64,000 bases of DNA from an uncultured Pseudomonadota bacterium (GTDB lineage Bacteria; Myxococcota_A; UBA796; SXON01): assembly GCA_903900265.1 (NCBI GenBank), contig CAIUMM010000015.1:4036-68035 (forward strand). The letters are read 5' to 3'. The notes beneath the pieces are model-generated. The model made no database searches, was not told the origin of the DNA, and saw only the letters and a list, made by a program, of their open reading frames with translations. A program made the position numbers and the translations under genes. Shown here piece by piece: positions 39,191-48,313 of the stretch (the first letter of the stretch is position 1; each line of letters begins with the position of its first letter).

Positions 39191-40036
39191 TCAGGCGTAG
39201 GTCCCGACCTCGAAGCCCGCCGCGCGCGCCTGTGCCGCGATCTGCTCGAGCTGCGCCAGCGAGAGGCGAGCTACCCGGTCCGAGCTTGGGGTTCGGACCA
39301 CGGTGTAGACTTGGACGGCCTCGATGGCGCCTCCGGCGTCACGGATCGCGCAGAGGCGCCCTACCCACGCCTCAATCTCTGCGGGGCTCGGACCTTGTCC
39401 GTCCAACGTCAGAAACATGCATTGGAGGGTGATCGGACGCGCTTTCGCGAGCGCCGTCAGGTTCTTGAGGATGCGCTCGAAGGGAAAGGTGGTGCCGTCG
39501 ACCTTCGCAAACCACTCGGGGGTTCCAGCGTCGAGCTTGGCCCAGATGGAGTCGATGTCCTTCAACCCGGCTTGTACGCCCGCGCGGTGCAGCAAGGTGG
39601 CGTTGGTGAGCAACCGGATCGGTGTTTGAAGGCCGTGCTGGTCACGCACCGCTCGGACTGCGGCTGCGGCTGCGGCGAACGCACGGGACGAGGTGGGCTC
39701 GCCGTCTCCCGCGAACGCGAGGTCGATGACGCGGCGGTGCTCGGGCGCTGCCGTGTCGAACGGGGCGCGCGTCCAGAGCGAGCCGTCCTTTACCCACGCG
39801 AGGAGCCCATCGAGCTCCGCCGTCAGGCGAGCGACATCGACGCCGCGCGTGAGGTTTTCTAAACCCTTGGGCGTGCGATCCACCTGACAATAGGGGCAGT
39901 CAAAGTTGCAGACTTTGTCGGGGTTGAGATTGAGACCGATGGAGAGGCCCCCGGCTCGCCTCGACACCACCGCGTAGACGTAGCGGTTGTCCCCGAGCTC
40001 TCGACGGTGGTCACGAAAATCGAGTTGGCGCGTCAT
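39191..40036 (-). CDS. Radical SAM protein (COG0731-like, unknown substrate)
   Basis: 281 aa. CNFDCPYC (Cx3Cx2C) cluster motif, plus GDGEPT and LLTNATLL elements. Confidence 0.85.
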   Translation of the reverse strand: MTRQLDFRDHRRELGDNRYVYAVVSRRAGGLSIGLNLNPDKVCNFDCPYCQVDRTPKGLENLTRGVDVARLTAELDGLLAWVKDGSLWTRAPFDTAAPEHRRVIDLAFAGDGEPTSSRAFAAAAAAVRAVRDQHGLQTPIRLLTNATLLHRAGVQAGLKDIDSIWAKLDAGTPEWFAKVDGTTFPFERILKNLTALAKARPITLQCMFLTLDGQGPSPAEIEAWVGRLCAIRDAGGAIEAVQVYTVVRTPSSDRVARLSLAQLEQIAAQARAAGFEVGTYA

Positions 40037-40671
40037 GGTGTGGCTCCGCTTATCCGTCGATCGGGATCGGGCGCGTCAGTTTCTTCGATGCCGTCGCCTT
40101 CGGCGCCATCCTCGCCGTGCCGCTCAGCCCGCAACAAGCCTGCTTGAGCCTCGTCTTTGAGCAGCGGATCGTCGATCAGCGGCAGCGCGACGCTCCACGC
40201 GGTGGCGGCGTCCTGCCAATCGCCGTTTCGCGCAAAGTAGCGTGCGGTGTCTACGGCCGCGTCCACCGAGCCGGTCTCGGCTGCGGTCGCGCGGAGCACC
40301 TCGGCGGCACGGCGGAAATCGCCAAAGCGCGTGGCGTAGACCGTCGCGAGCGCCTGACGACGGCGGGTTTTTTCGGTGCCGTCCGACAGGTTGATCGCGG
40401 TGCGTAACCAGCGTACAGCGTGCACATTTTCGTTGCGACGCAGCTCTAACCAGCACGCGCGCTCCGCCGCGTCGGCGCGGGTCGCGCGGGGAAGCCAGCC
40501 GCTCGCGATCTGCTGGTAGATCGTGCTCGCTCCTTCGATATCCCCGGCGAGGTACGCGGTGTTCGCGCGGTCTTGGGCGAACGGGGAGGTGGAGTTCCAC
40601 GCGAGCAGGCTCGCCGCTCCGGCCACGAGCAGCCCGAGGAGCGTCCTGCGGGCTGCGCTCCCGCGCATCAT
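40033..40671 (-). CDS. TPR-like helical-repeat protein with N-terminal signal/anchor
   Basis: Start at the MMRGSAARRTLLGLLVAGAASLLAW Met (ATGA overlap with the GT2 stop). Helical-repeat character (YLAGDIEGASTIYQQIA..., ARYFARNGDWQDAATAW). The upstream 57 codons of the ORF overlap the GT2 gene and were rejected. Confidence 0.7.
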   Translation of the reverse strand: MMRGSAARRTLLGLLVAGAASLLAWNSTSPFAQDRANTAYLAGDIEGASTIYQQIASGWLPRATRADAAERACWLELRRNENVHAVRWLRTAINLSDGTEKTRRRQALATVYATRFGDFRRAAEVLRATAAETGSVDAAVDTARYFARNGDWQDAATAWSVALPLIDDPLLKDEAQAGLLRAERHGEDGAEGDGIEETDAPDPDRRISGATP

Positions 40672-41873
40672 CCGGAGCGTTCGGGGTCGGAGAGCGCCTT
40701 TCCATCGTGAAAGACGCGGCCTTTCCACGAGCTTCGCACCGCGGTCAACGCGCGGAACAGAACGACGCCCAAGACGATGTTGCCTAACGGATGCATCCAC
40801 GCCAGCGCGCCCGAGCGGCCTTCGACGCGCTCGAGTCGCCACCGCAAGCCGATAGGCAGCGCGCAGTTCAGCGCCAGCCAGGCCAGCCAGAAGCGGGGTT
40901 CACCCAGCGCATTGTGCAGGAGCGTCGTATCGGCGAGTCCTACAGACAGCGCGACCCAGGGGGCGCCGAGGGTGACGAACAGGAACAACAGGGCGATGAT
41001 CGCTACGTGCGGCTTGCGATCCATGCCCTCGTAGAGGTTCTTGCCGTATCCGGCGACGATCTCGCCGAGACCCCGGTAGAGCCGCACCGAGAAAAGCTCG
41101 GGTGCAAAGTATAAGCCGAGGGTGTACGCACGTTTTTTCATCGCCCGCGCGAGGCGTACGTCATCGAGCACCTCAGCCTGCACCGCGGCATGACCGCCGA
41201 TGGCCTCGTAGGGTCCGCGACGGACCAGGATAAATTGCCCATTGGCGAACGCCTCGGGCCGACCGGGGAGGTTTACCGCCTCGATGTGAATCGCGCCTCG
41301 GATGAACCAGCCGATCACCGGGATGGCCGCGCGCTCCCAGAAGCTGTCGAGGCGCCAAGTACCGAAGCCGCTCAGTAGATCGAGAGCTCGCCCTTCAAGC
41401 ACCTTCGCAGCCGACAGCGCCGCCTCGGGGTTGAGCTGCACATCGGCGTCGATGAACAGCAGGTGAGACCCGGTCGCCAGCTGCGCGCCTTGTTGGCACG
41501 CCCACGGCTTCCCGGCCCACCCCGTAGGGAGCGCAGCGCCGGTGTGCACGCGCACGCGAGGGTCTCCCGCGGCCGCTTGGACCGCGAGGCGCGCGGTGCC
41601 ATCGGTAGAGCTGTCATCGACGACGATGACCTCGAGGTTGGGGTGGGTGCTCGCCAGCGCGGCGCGCACGCAGGTCTCGATGTTCAGTGCTTCGTTGCGC
41701 GCCGGGATGATCACCGACAAGCGCGGCAGGTCGCCGGTCCAAGCGGCATCCGGTAGGCGGAACTTTGTTTTCCATTGGGAGACCCCAAGCAAAAGCCCGG
41801 TCCACAGCAGGGAGAGCATGCCGAGGTAGCCGCCAAACAGCAGCTGCGAGAGCATGGGTTCTCCCCACTTCAT
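40668..41873 (-). CDS. Family 2 glycosyltransferase, membrane-integrated
   Basis: Start at MKWGEPMLSQLLFGGYL (ATGA overlap with the upstream stop). LSVIIPARNEALNI, VIVVDDSSTDGT, LLFIDADV and ANGQFILVRR motifs, with a multi-TM C-terminus. The 253-codon N-terminal extension in the track is Arg-rich shadow. Confidence 0.85.
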   Translation of the reverse strand: MKWGEPMLSQLLFGGYLGMLSLLWTGLLLGVSQWKTKFRLPDAAWTGDLPRLSVIIPARNEALNIETCVRAALASTHPNLEVIVVDDSSTDGTARLAVQAAAGDPRVRVHTGAALPTGWAGKPWACQQGAQLATGSHLLFIDADVQLNPEAALSAAKVLEGRALDLLSGFGTWRLDSFWERAAIPVIGWFIRGAIHIEAVNLPGRPEAFANGQFILVRRGPYEAIGGHAAVQAEVLDDVRLARAMKKRAYTLGLYFAPELFSVRLYRGLGEIVAGYGKNLYEGMDRKPHVAIIALLFLFVTLGAPWVALSVGLADTTLLHNALGEPRFWLAWLALNCALPIGLRWRLERVEGRSGALAWMHPLGNIVLGVVLFRALTAVRSSWKGRVFHDGKALSDPERSG

Positions 41874-43030
41874 TGGGCCACCAGGCCGCCGTGCGCGGCG
41901 TACGCGCGCACGGTCCCTGCCGGCAGCTCGGTTCGGCTCACGATGCTCTCCGGATCGGCGACGACGGTGAGGCCGGGGGCTACGGTGCGTCCTGCGGCGA
42001 TGCGCACGCCGCTGCCGATCATCGCTCCCGGGCCTACGCAGACGCCGATCATGCCGTGCGGCGCGTCGCGTAGCTCTTCCTGCAGCTCTTCTCGCAGCTC
42101 TTCTCCCAGCGCGTGGCTGGGGGCGCGCGGCACGCGCACGCGCACCGACTTGCCGAAGGCCTGGTCCATCAGCACGGCCCCGTGCTTGACGGTCGCGCCG
42201 GCGCCGATCACCGCGAGCTGTTGGATACCGGCTGCGAACGCCCGTTCCTCGACGAGGCTGTACTTCACCATCGCGAGGCGCTGTACGCATGCGCCGGCCC
42301 CGAGCACGCTGCCTTCGACCAACGCGAGGTCTTCGATGTGTGCTCCGGCGCCAACGATGCAACCGCGCACCACCGCGCCGGCCCCGATGCGCGCGCCGGG
42401 CCCGATCACCGATCCTTCTACGGTCGCGTTCGGATGAACCTGACAGCCCTTCCCATAGGTGTTGACGTGCATCGCGAGCCGGTAGGGAGCGAGGCTCCCG
42501 CTGCGCATCGCCGCCCACGACAGGCGGGCTGCCCCGGAGACCCCGGCGCCGAGCGCCTCCCAGAGCGCGGGACCAAGGCCAAGCAGGTTCGCCCACAGCA
42601 GCTGGGCCCAATGGCCGACCGGGAACGCCCATTCGTCCACCACAGTGAGCGGTCCGGTGGGGAGGTCGAACCCGGGGATGGGGGTCTCTTTGACCCGAAT
42701 CGACAGGGTTTGGGTCCCGGACGAGGCGTTTGGGCCCCGCTGGTAGTGAAAGCCAGGGCTCTCCCCGGTGAGCGCGGCGATGTGCGCGAGCACCGGGGAT
42801 TCAAGGACCACGCGCACGTCGTCGCCTGCGGCGCGTGCTTCGCGGAGCACGCGCGTGAGCGCCGCGTCGGAGAACGCGAGATTTTCAGGGAAGTGGAGCG
42901 CTTCGTCGGGCTTCAGCCGCGCACGCGCCGCGTAATGAACGGCGCGTAGGCTGCGGTGCAGGACGAGGCGCTCGGGGAGCGGCCCCAGACCGGTGCACAC
43001 CGCCTCGGCGCTTGGGCGCTCGTCAGGCAC
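41870..43030 (-). CDS. Left-handed beta-helix (hexapeptide-repeat) protein with unknown N-terminal domain
   Basis: The C-terminal half has an isoleucine-patch periodicity (VEGSVIGPGARIGAGAVVRGCIVGAGAHIEDLALVEGSVLGAGACV...). The proposed GTG start at 43030 shares 1 nt with the upstream TAG. The start is uncertain because no ATG occurs before residue about 200. Confidence 0.65.
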   Translation of the reverse strand: MPDERPSAEAVCTGLGPLPERLVLHRSLRAVHYAARARLKPDEALHFPENLAFSDAALTRVLREARAAGDDVRVVLESPVLAHIAALTGESPGFHYQRGPNASSGTQTLSIRVKETPIPGFDLPTGPLTVVDEWAFPVGHWAQLLWANLLGLGPALWEALGAGVSGAARLSWAAMRSGSLAPYRLAMHVNTYGKGCQVHPNATVEGSVIGPGARIGAGAVVRGCIVGAGAHIEDLALVEGSVLGAGACVQRLAMVKYSLVEERAFAAGIQQLAVIGAGATVKHGAVLMDQAFGKSVRVRVPRAPSHALGEELREELQEELRDAPHGMIGVCVGPGAMIGSGVRIAAGRTVAPGLTVVADPESIVSRTELPAGTVRAYAAHGGLVAQ

Positions 43031-45240
43031 TACTCGACCGGCGAGTTCAGGAAGACATACGCGCGGCCCGCTCCGGAGCCGTAGTCGGGATCTCCGGTGA
43101 CGATGTCCATGTCGCCGTCCCCGTCGACGTCGCCCGACACCGCGCTCTGGCCGTAGCCGAGGTTGGCGTTGTCGTCGTCCGACGTGCCCAACAGGCTCGC
43201 GTTCATCGTGCTGCGTTCGAGGTAGGTGCCCGCCGCGATCTCGCTGCTGAACATCTCCGAGCGACCATAGCTGCCCGCGGCGTCTTCCGACACCACGAAG
43301 ATGTCGTCGAGGCCATCGCCGGTCCAATCGCCCACGTTCCGGATCTGGTCTACGTCCGGGGAGCTGCTGCCCCACGTGTAGGTGATCGTCGCGCTGGTCT
43401 CGGGATCGAAGGCGGCGCGCCGCGAAGGTCCGCCCAGCACTTCGTACAGCGCGCTGCCTCCGGAGCTGTAGATCCACAGCTCCTGGGCGCCGTCGCCGTT
43501 GAGGTCGCCGCCGAGGCCGACGGCCCACGCGTTGCCCTCGCTGGTAGACGACCCCGAGGCGAGCACGGTGGCCGTGCCCTCGATGTCTTCGGCGCTGCTC
43601 GTGGCGTAGCTTGTAGGCTGACCAAACAGGGCCCAGAGCGCGCCATTGTCGGTGTAGCCGCCGTAGTCCGCCGCGCCGTCGGCGAGCAAGAGATCGCCGT
43701 AGCCGTCACCGTCGAGGTCGCCGCCCACCGGCGCGTTTCGGTAGAACGCGGACTCGGCCCCATCGGTGGTGTAGTTCGCATCGGCCGCGGTGATCGCGAC
43801 CGTGCCGGAAGCCGGGCCGTAGACGATCGCGACCGCGTTGCTGGAGCCGTTCGCGTAGGCCACCACGAGGTCGTAGACGCCGTCGCCGTTCAGGTCCACG
43901 TCGGATCCGAGGCCGCGCCCGGCCGCGTTGCTGGATGCGCCGGTGAGCGTGAACACGGCGGTGCTGGTGTCGCCGCCTGACGCGGCGTCTTCGCCCGACA
44001 GCACGTAGACCGCGCCGGCGCCCGAGCTGTAGCCCGTGGCGCTGAACGCGATGTCGTCACCGCCGTCGCCGTCAAAGTCGCCGACGCGGGCCACGGCCGC
44101 GCCCAGCAGGTCGCCGAGCGTCGCGCTGCGGAAGTAGTTGTCAGCGTCGCCCACCTCGGTGCCGCTCGCCGCCAGCGGACCAGCGAGGAACACCGAGATC
44201 GCGCCTTTGCCGCTCGCCGACGGGCCCGGGGCGCCGGTGTAGGCCGAGCCCACGATCACGTCGTCGCGGCCGTCTCCGTCTACGTCCGCGAGCGCGGTGG
44301 CGTACCCGGCGCGGTCGTAGGTCCCGGTCGCGTCGTAGATGTACGCGGCGCCGGCGCCTGAGGCGCCGATGTCGATCACCCCGTCGCAATCGTCGTCTTT
44401 GGCGTTGAGGGTCTCTACGCCGTTGGTGTTTACGGTCGCGTCGCTGTCGTCACAGTCCGTGCCGGAGCCATACGCATCCGAACGGGAACCATCGCCGTCG
44501 GCGTCGTAGTCGTCCTGCCCGTCGCAGTTGGTGTCGCGGTTGTCGTAGGGCGCGTCTTCCGCGCTCGGGTTGTATTCGACCTTGAGGTCCTGACAGTCGC
44601 CTCCGCCGGCGTTGGGATCGGTGTTGTGGGCGTCGGTCTCGTAGCCGTCCCCGTCCTGGTCCCAATCCGAGGAGCCATCGCAGTTCTCGTCGACGTTGTC
44701 GTACCAGATCTCCGTAGCCCCTGGGTACGCGTTGGGGTCTTCATCGTCGCAGTCGTCGCCGCCTGCCGCGACAAGGGCGTGTCCGTCTCCATCGGCGTCG
44801 GTGATGGCGCTGACGCTGACGGTGAACGTGGCGCTGGGCGTGTCCGGGTCATTGGAAGCGAAGGTGACCGCGCTGGTGTGCGGCAGGTAGTCGGAGACCT
44901 CGACAGTGACGGTGACCGTGGAGTTTCCGCCGCCGACGACGCTGACCAGCCCCTGACTCACGGTGAACGGCGCATCCACGGTGACCGACGAGATCTGCAG
45001 CTCCTCCGAGCCGCGGTTGTCTACGGTGACGGTCGTGGAGACGCGCTCGCCTACCGCGAGCGTGCCAAAGTCATACGACGATGCGCTCAAATAGATGTCA
45101 GGAGGGGTGCCTTCGACCGGAGGCTGGGTGTCGGAGTCTTTCTCGATGTTTTTGATCGTGCCGCCGCATCCGGCCAGCGCTCCAACAGCGAGGAGCAAGA
45201 GCGCGGGGCGTAGAAACGGGGACGAAGGGCGACCAGTCAT
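43030..45240 (-). CDS. FG-GAP/VCBS (integrin-alpha-like) repeat lipoprotein with Cys-rich MopE-type motifs
   Basis: Start at MTGRPSSPFLRPALLLLAVGALAGC (lipobox). N-terminal Ig-like region. Cys-rich motifs DGDGHALVAAGGDDCDDEDPNAYPGATEIWYDNVDENCDG. More than 6 FG-GAP calcium-binding loops (VGDFDGDGGDDI, DLNGDGVYDL, GGDLDGDGYGDL, GDLNGDGAQEL, DWTGDGLDDI, GDVDGDGDMDI). Confidence 0.88.
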   Translation of the reverse strand: MTGRPSSPFLRPALLLLAVGALAGCGGTIKNIEKDSDTQPPVEGTPPDIYLSASSYDFGTLAVGERVSTTVTVDNRGSEELQISSVTVDAPFTVSQGLVSVVGGGNSTVTVTVEVSDYLPHTSAVTFASNDPDTPSATFTVSVSAITDADGDGHALVAAGGDDCDDEDPNAYPGATEIWYDNVDENCDGSSDWDQDGDGYETDAHNTDPNAGGGDCQDLKVEYNPSAEDAPYDNRDTNCDGQDDYDADGDGSRSDAYGSGTDCDDSDATVNTNGVETLNAKDDDCDGVIDIGASGAGAAYIYDATGTYDRAGYATALADVDGDGRDDVIVGSAYTGAPGPSASGKGAISVFLAGPLAASGTEVGDADNYFRSATLGDLLGAAVARVGDFDGDGGDDIAFSATGYSSGAGAVYVLSGEDAASGGDTSTAVFTLTGASSNAAGRGLGSDVDLNGDGVYDLVVAYANGSSNAVAIVYGPASGTVAITAADANYTTDGAESAFYRNAPVGGDLDGDGYGDLLLADGAADYGGYTDNGALWALFGQPTSYATSSAEDIEGTATVLASGSSTSEGNAWAVGLGGDLNGDGAQELWIYSSGGSALYEVLGGPSRRAAFDPETSATITYTWGSSSPDVDQIRNVGDWTGDGLDDIFVVSEDAAGSYGRSEMFSSEIAAGTYLERSTMNASLLGTSDDDNANLGYGQSAVSGDVDGDGDMDIVTGDPDYGSGAGRAYVFLNSPVE

Positions 45241-45340
45241 GATTCCTCGAAACAGAGCGCCATTGTAGCTGAGATTCAAGCCGGCGGCAGCGATGTCGCC
45301 GACATTCGCGCCGCGATACGCGTGCGCTTTGGAGCTTCCC

Positions 45341-45670
45341 ATGGCTGAGACTTCCCGGTTGCAAGCGGCGCAGGCCTATGTGCTCAAGAAGCCCGATGAC
45401 CGCTTCGGTTTGTACACGCTCGCGATGGAGCTGCGCAAGGTGAAGGAATGGACAGCGTGCTTCAGCACGTTTCAGCGCTTGTTGGCGCTGAATCCCGGCT
45501 ACGGCGCGGGCTGGTACCACTACGGAATGGCCACGCGCGAGTCCGGCGATCGTGCCGGATGCATCTCGATCTTGCGCTCAGGTTTGGCCGCCACCGAACA
45601 GAGCGGCGACAAACACGCGCACGCCGAGATCGAGAGCGCGCTCGAAGAGGCGTTGGACGAGCAGGACTGA
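45341..45670 (+). CDS. Small TPR-repeat protein
   Basis: 109 aa from the ATG at 45341, with GGAG 6 nt upstream. TPR-like helices (FSTFQRLLALNPGYGAGWYHYGMATRESGDRAGCISILRSGL). Confidence 0.7.
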   Translation: MAETSRLQAAQAYVLKKPDDRFGLYTLAMELRKVKEWTACFSTFQRLLALNPGYGAGWYHYGMATRESGDRAGCISILRSGLAATEQSGDKHAHAEIESALEEALDEQD

Positions 45671-45686
45671 CGGCGCGCGGCGCGGA

Positions 45687-46877
45687 TCAGCCCCGATAGG
45701 CCTGCAACCCGGCGCCAAGCACCGCGACCGCGCGACGGAGCTGGCTCTCTTCGCGGACGGCGGCGAGGCGGATCTCGTCGCGGCCCTTGGACGGGTCGGC
45801 GTAGAAGCCCGGACCGGGCGCGACCACGACCGACTCGGGGCGCCCCGACGTGGTGTCGCGGAATTCTTCGACCAACCAGCGCGCGAAGCGCTCGGTGTCG
45901 GGCACGGGCAAGCGCACCATCGAGTAGAACGCGCCCTCGGGTCGATGAAAGGACACGCCAGGGATCTGCGCGAGCGCGTCCATCATCGCGTCCACGCGCG
46001 CCCGGTAGATGTGGCGCACCTCTTCGTAGTAGCTGTCCGGCAGGTTCAGCGCAGCGATGGCAGCGCGCTGCCCGCGCGGCTGCGGTCCCAGCCGTGCTTG
46101 TCCGAGCCGCTCCACGCGCTCCATCAGCGTGAGGTTGCGCGAGATCAAGAAGCCGACCCGCAGCCCGCAGGCCGAGAAGGTCTTGGACGTCGAATCCACG
46201 ATGATCACGTGGTCTTCATGGTCTTTGAGGTTGAGCGCCGAGAGCGGGGGCTCGTTGAACCAGATCGCCCGGTACACTTCATCGGCGACCAGCCAAAGGC
46301 CGCGGCGTTTGGCCCAAGCCGCGACGCGGCGCAGCTGGTCTGCTCCGTAGACGGCGCCGGTCGGATTTCCAGGGTTCGCGAACAGGAAGATGCGCGTCCT
46401 TGGTGTGACCAGCGTGTCGAGCACGTCGTCTTCGGGGATCGCGAAGCCTTGATCGAGGTGCGTGGGAACCGGGACCACGCGGGCGCCAGCGAAGGTCGCG
46501 AAGCCGTTGTAGTTGGTGTAGTACGGCTCGGGCACGAGGATCTCGTCCCCCGGGTCACAGAGCGCGACCATCGCGAACAGCAGCGCTTCTGAGCCGCCTT
46601 GCGTCACGACGACATGCTCGCGGGTCAGGCCGGGGCTGGTGCGGCTATGAAACGCGGCTGCGGCGTCGCGGCACTCCAAGAGGCCAGAAGCGGGGCCGTA
46701 GGCGAGCACCGGTCCGTCGGCGGCGGCCAGCGCTGCGAGCACGGCCGCGGGGGTTGGCACATCGGGTTGCCCGATGTTCATGCGGTGGAAGTGCACCTCG
46801 GGGAAGCGATTGACGGCCGCGTCCAGCTTGCGGATGGCGGATTCCTGAATCGAGCGTGCGCGTTCGGACAAGTGCAT
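45687..46877 (-). CDS. Class I/II PLP-dependent aminotransferase (aspartate/aromatic type)
   Basis: Start at MHLSERARSIQESAIRKL. NIGQPD, NPGNPTG and the STSKTFSACGLRVG (PLP-Lys) motifs are present. Confidence 0.9.
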   Translation of the reverse strand: MHLSERARSIQESAIRKLDAAVNRFPEVHFHRMNIGQPDVPTPAAVLAALAAADGPVLAYGPASGLLECRDAAAAFHSRTSPGLTREHVVVTQGGSEALLFAMVALCDPGDEILVPEPYYTNYNGFATFAGARVVPVPTHLDQGFAIPEDDVLDTLVTPRTRIFLFANPGNPTGAVYGADQLRRVAAWAKRRGLWLVADEVYRAIWFNEPPLSALNLKDHEDHVIIVDSTSKTFSACGLRVGFLISRNLTLMERVERLGQARLGPQPRGQRAAIAALNLPDSYYEEVRHIYRARVDAMMDALAQIPGVSFHRPEGAFYSMVRLPVPDTERFARWLVEEFRDTTSGRPESVVVAPGPGFYADPSKGRDEIRLAAVREESQLRRAVAVLGAGLQAYRG

Positions 46878-47042
46878 TTCAGCCTCGGGGACAGCCGCCG
46901 GTCTAATGCGAAAATCGGCTCCATGTCGGGCGCTGCAGGCGGGGAGCGTGGTGGGGGTGCTGCGCCGTTCCACGTGGAACGTTGGGGGTGCGCTGGGCGT
47001 TCATGTACGTTTTCTGAGGGGGGTTTTTGTGGTTTTTTTGGC

Positions 47043-47825
47043 TCATCGCCGCGTAGCATCATTGTGAGTTGTGACATCGTGGGGCGTGCGGGCCCACTCC
47101 CACATTCCACCGTCATAGTTGGCAACTGTGTCAATGTTTGCATTTCGTAACAATAGGTACGCCATGCCGCTGCGCACCCCGCCGGTGCAGGTCACGACGA
47201 TGGGGCCAACCCCGCTCGCGGGCACGTCGGTGAGCAGCTGGCGCCATGGGATGTTCACGGCTCCGGGGATGTGGCCGCCGCGACTCTCGCCGTAGGGTGT
47301 CGCACCGCCGAACTCGCTGGCTTCGCGCACGTCCCACACCCGCGGCGGTGACGGGGACGCGAGCGATGCGGCGAGCTGGGCGGTAGAGACCCGTTTTGCG
47401 GAGTCCGGGTCCGCCACAAAGTCGCCCGCAGAGGCGGTCCAGGTGGACAGGGTGCTTCTGGGGCCGGTCCATGCGCGCATTCCGCCCTTCAGCACGTGCA
47501 CGTCTTTGTGCCCGAGGTACTCAAGGTCCCAGAAAATTCGTCCTTCTTCGCCCCACCCCGCGTCCCAGTCTCCGACGATCAGGACCGGCAGGTGCTTTCG
47601 GACCCCGAGCGCCGCGAAGGCCGCTGCGGCGGCGTCGACCGCTCCCAGACTGCCGTCCGACGGGCTCCCGCTGGTGCCGATTCGCCACCCCACCCGGACC
47701 GCGGTGGGCAGGTGGCCATCGGCGTAGAAGTGCAGCGTCGAGCGTGCGTCGAGCACGATCGCGCCTGCGGCGAGCAGCTGTTGCGCTTCGGTGGAGTTGA
47801 CGAGGGGGGGCATCAAAGCGAGCAT
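47043..47825 (-). CDS. Two-domain rhodanese-family sulfurtransferase
   Basis: 260 aa. The second domain carries an active-site loop CTGGVRS. The N-terminal domain is rhodanese-like without Cys. Confidence 0.85.
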   Translation of the reverse strand: MLALMPPLVNSTEAQQLLAAGAIVLDARSTLHFYADGHLPTAVRVGWRIGTSGSPSDGSLGAVDAAAAAFAALGVRKHLPVLIVGDWDAGWGEEGRIFWDLEYLGHKDVHVLKGGMRAWTGPRSTLSTWTASAGDFVADPDSAKRVSTAQLAASLASPSPPRVWDVREASEFGGATPYGESRGGHIPGAVNIPWRQLLTDVPASGVGPIVVTCTGGVRSGMAYLLLRNANIDTVANYDGGMWEWARTPHDVTTHNDATRR

Positions 47826-47854
47826 AGGTCAGGGTACCCCGATAGAAGCGTTTT

Positions 47855-48313
47855 GTGATTGATGGCGTCCTCATCCGGCCACTCTTGTGGCACTCAGACC
47901 AGCGCGGCTCGCTTGCCGAGCTGGTGCGTGCCGATGATCCCGAGCTGATGTCGGTGCCCTTCGGGCAAGTCTACGTGACGACGCTCTACCCGGGTGTGGT
48001 CAAAGGCTGGCATCTGCATCGGGAGCAGTGGGATCGCATGGCCTGCTTGCGGGGGCGCGTGCTGTTGGGTCTCGTGGACAGTCGCCCGGATTCGCCGACG
48101 TGCGGCGAGCAGATGCGCATCGTGCTGGGCGACCGCAACTTCGTGCTGGTGCGTGTTCCGGCCGGGGTTTGGCACGGTCTCAAGAACATCGCGGGTGAAG
48201 AAGCGATGGTGGTCAACGTGGTCAGCCATCCGTTCAACGCCGCAGACCCGGATGAAGTGCGCGTCGCGCCGCACGGCGTGCTTGATTTCGATTGGGAACG
48301 GCACGACGGATGA
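47855..48313 (+). CDS. dTDP-4-dehydrorhamnose 3,5-epimerase-related cupin (short SpsL-like form)
   Basis: 152 aa. SDQRGSLAELV and VKGWHLHREQWDRMACLRGRVLLGLVD correspond to the RmlC-family motifs. Upstream of and overlapping rfbB. Confidence 0.8.
   Translation: MIDGVLIRPLLWHSDQRGSLAELVRADDPELMSVPFGQVYVTTLYPGVVKGWHLHREQWDRMACLRGRVLLGLVDSRPDSPTCGEQMRIVLGDRNFVLVRVPAGVWHGLKNIAGEEAMVVNVVSHPFNAADPDEVRVAPHGVLDFDWERHDG

Noticed and set aside
41874-42632. N-terminal extensions of the GT2 ORF (to 42632), the LbH ORF (to 43528), the TPR-like ORF (to 40842) and the kinase-operon ORFs.
   Set aside because: The extended parts overlap the preceding gene of the same operon out of frame and are Arg-rich. Internal starts create the ATGA/GTG stop-start overlaps typical of coupled genes.
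47018-47039. T-rich run ggggggtttttgtggttttttt considered as a rho-independent terminator or sRNA 3' end on the plus strand.
   Set aside because: There is no upstream plus-strand gene and no convincing GC stem immediately 5' of the T-run. On the minus strand it is an A-run, so it cannot terminate the rhodanese transcript intrinsically.
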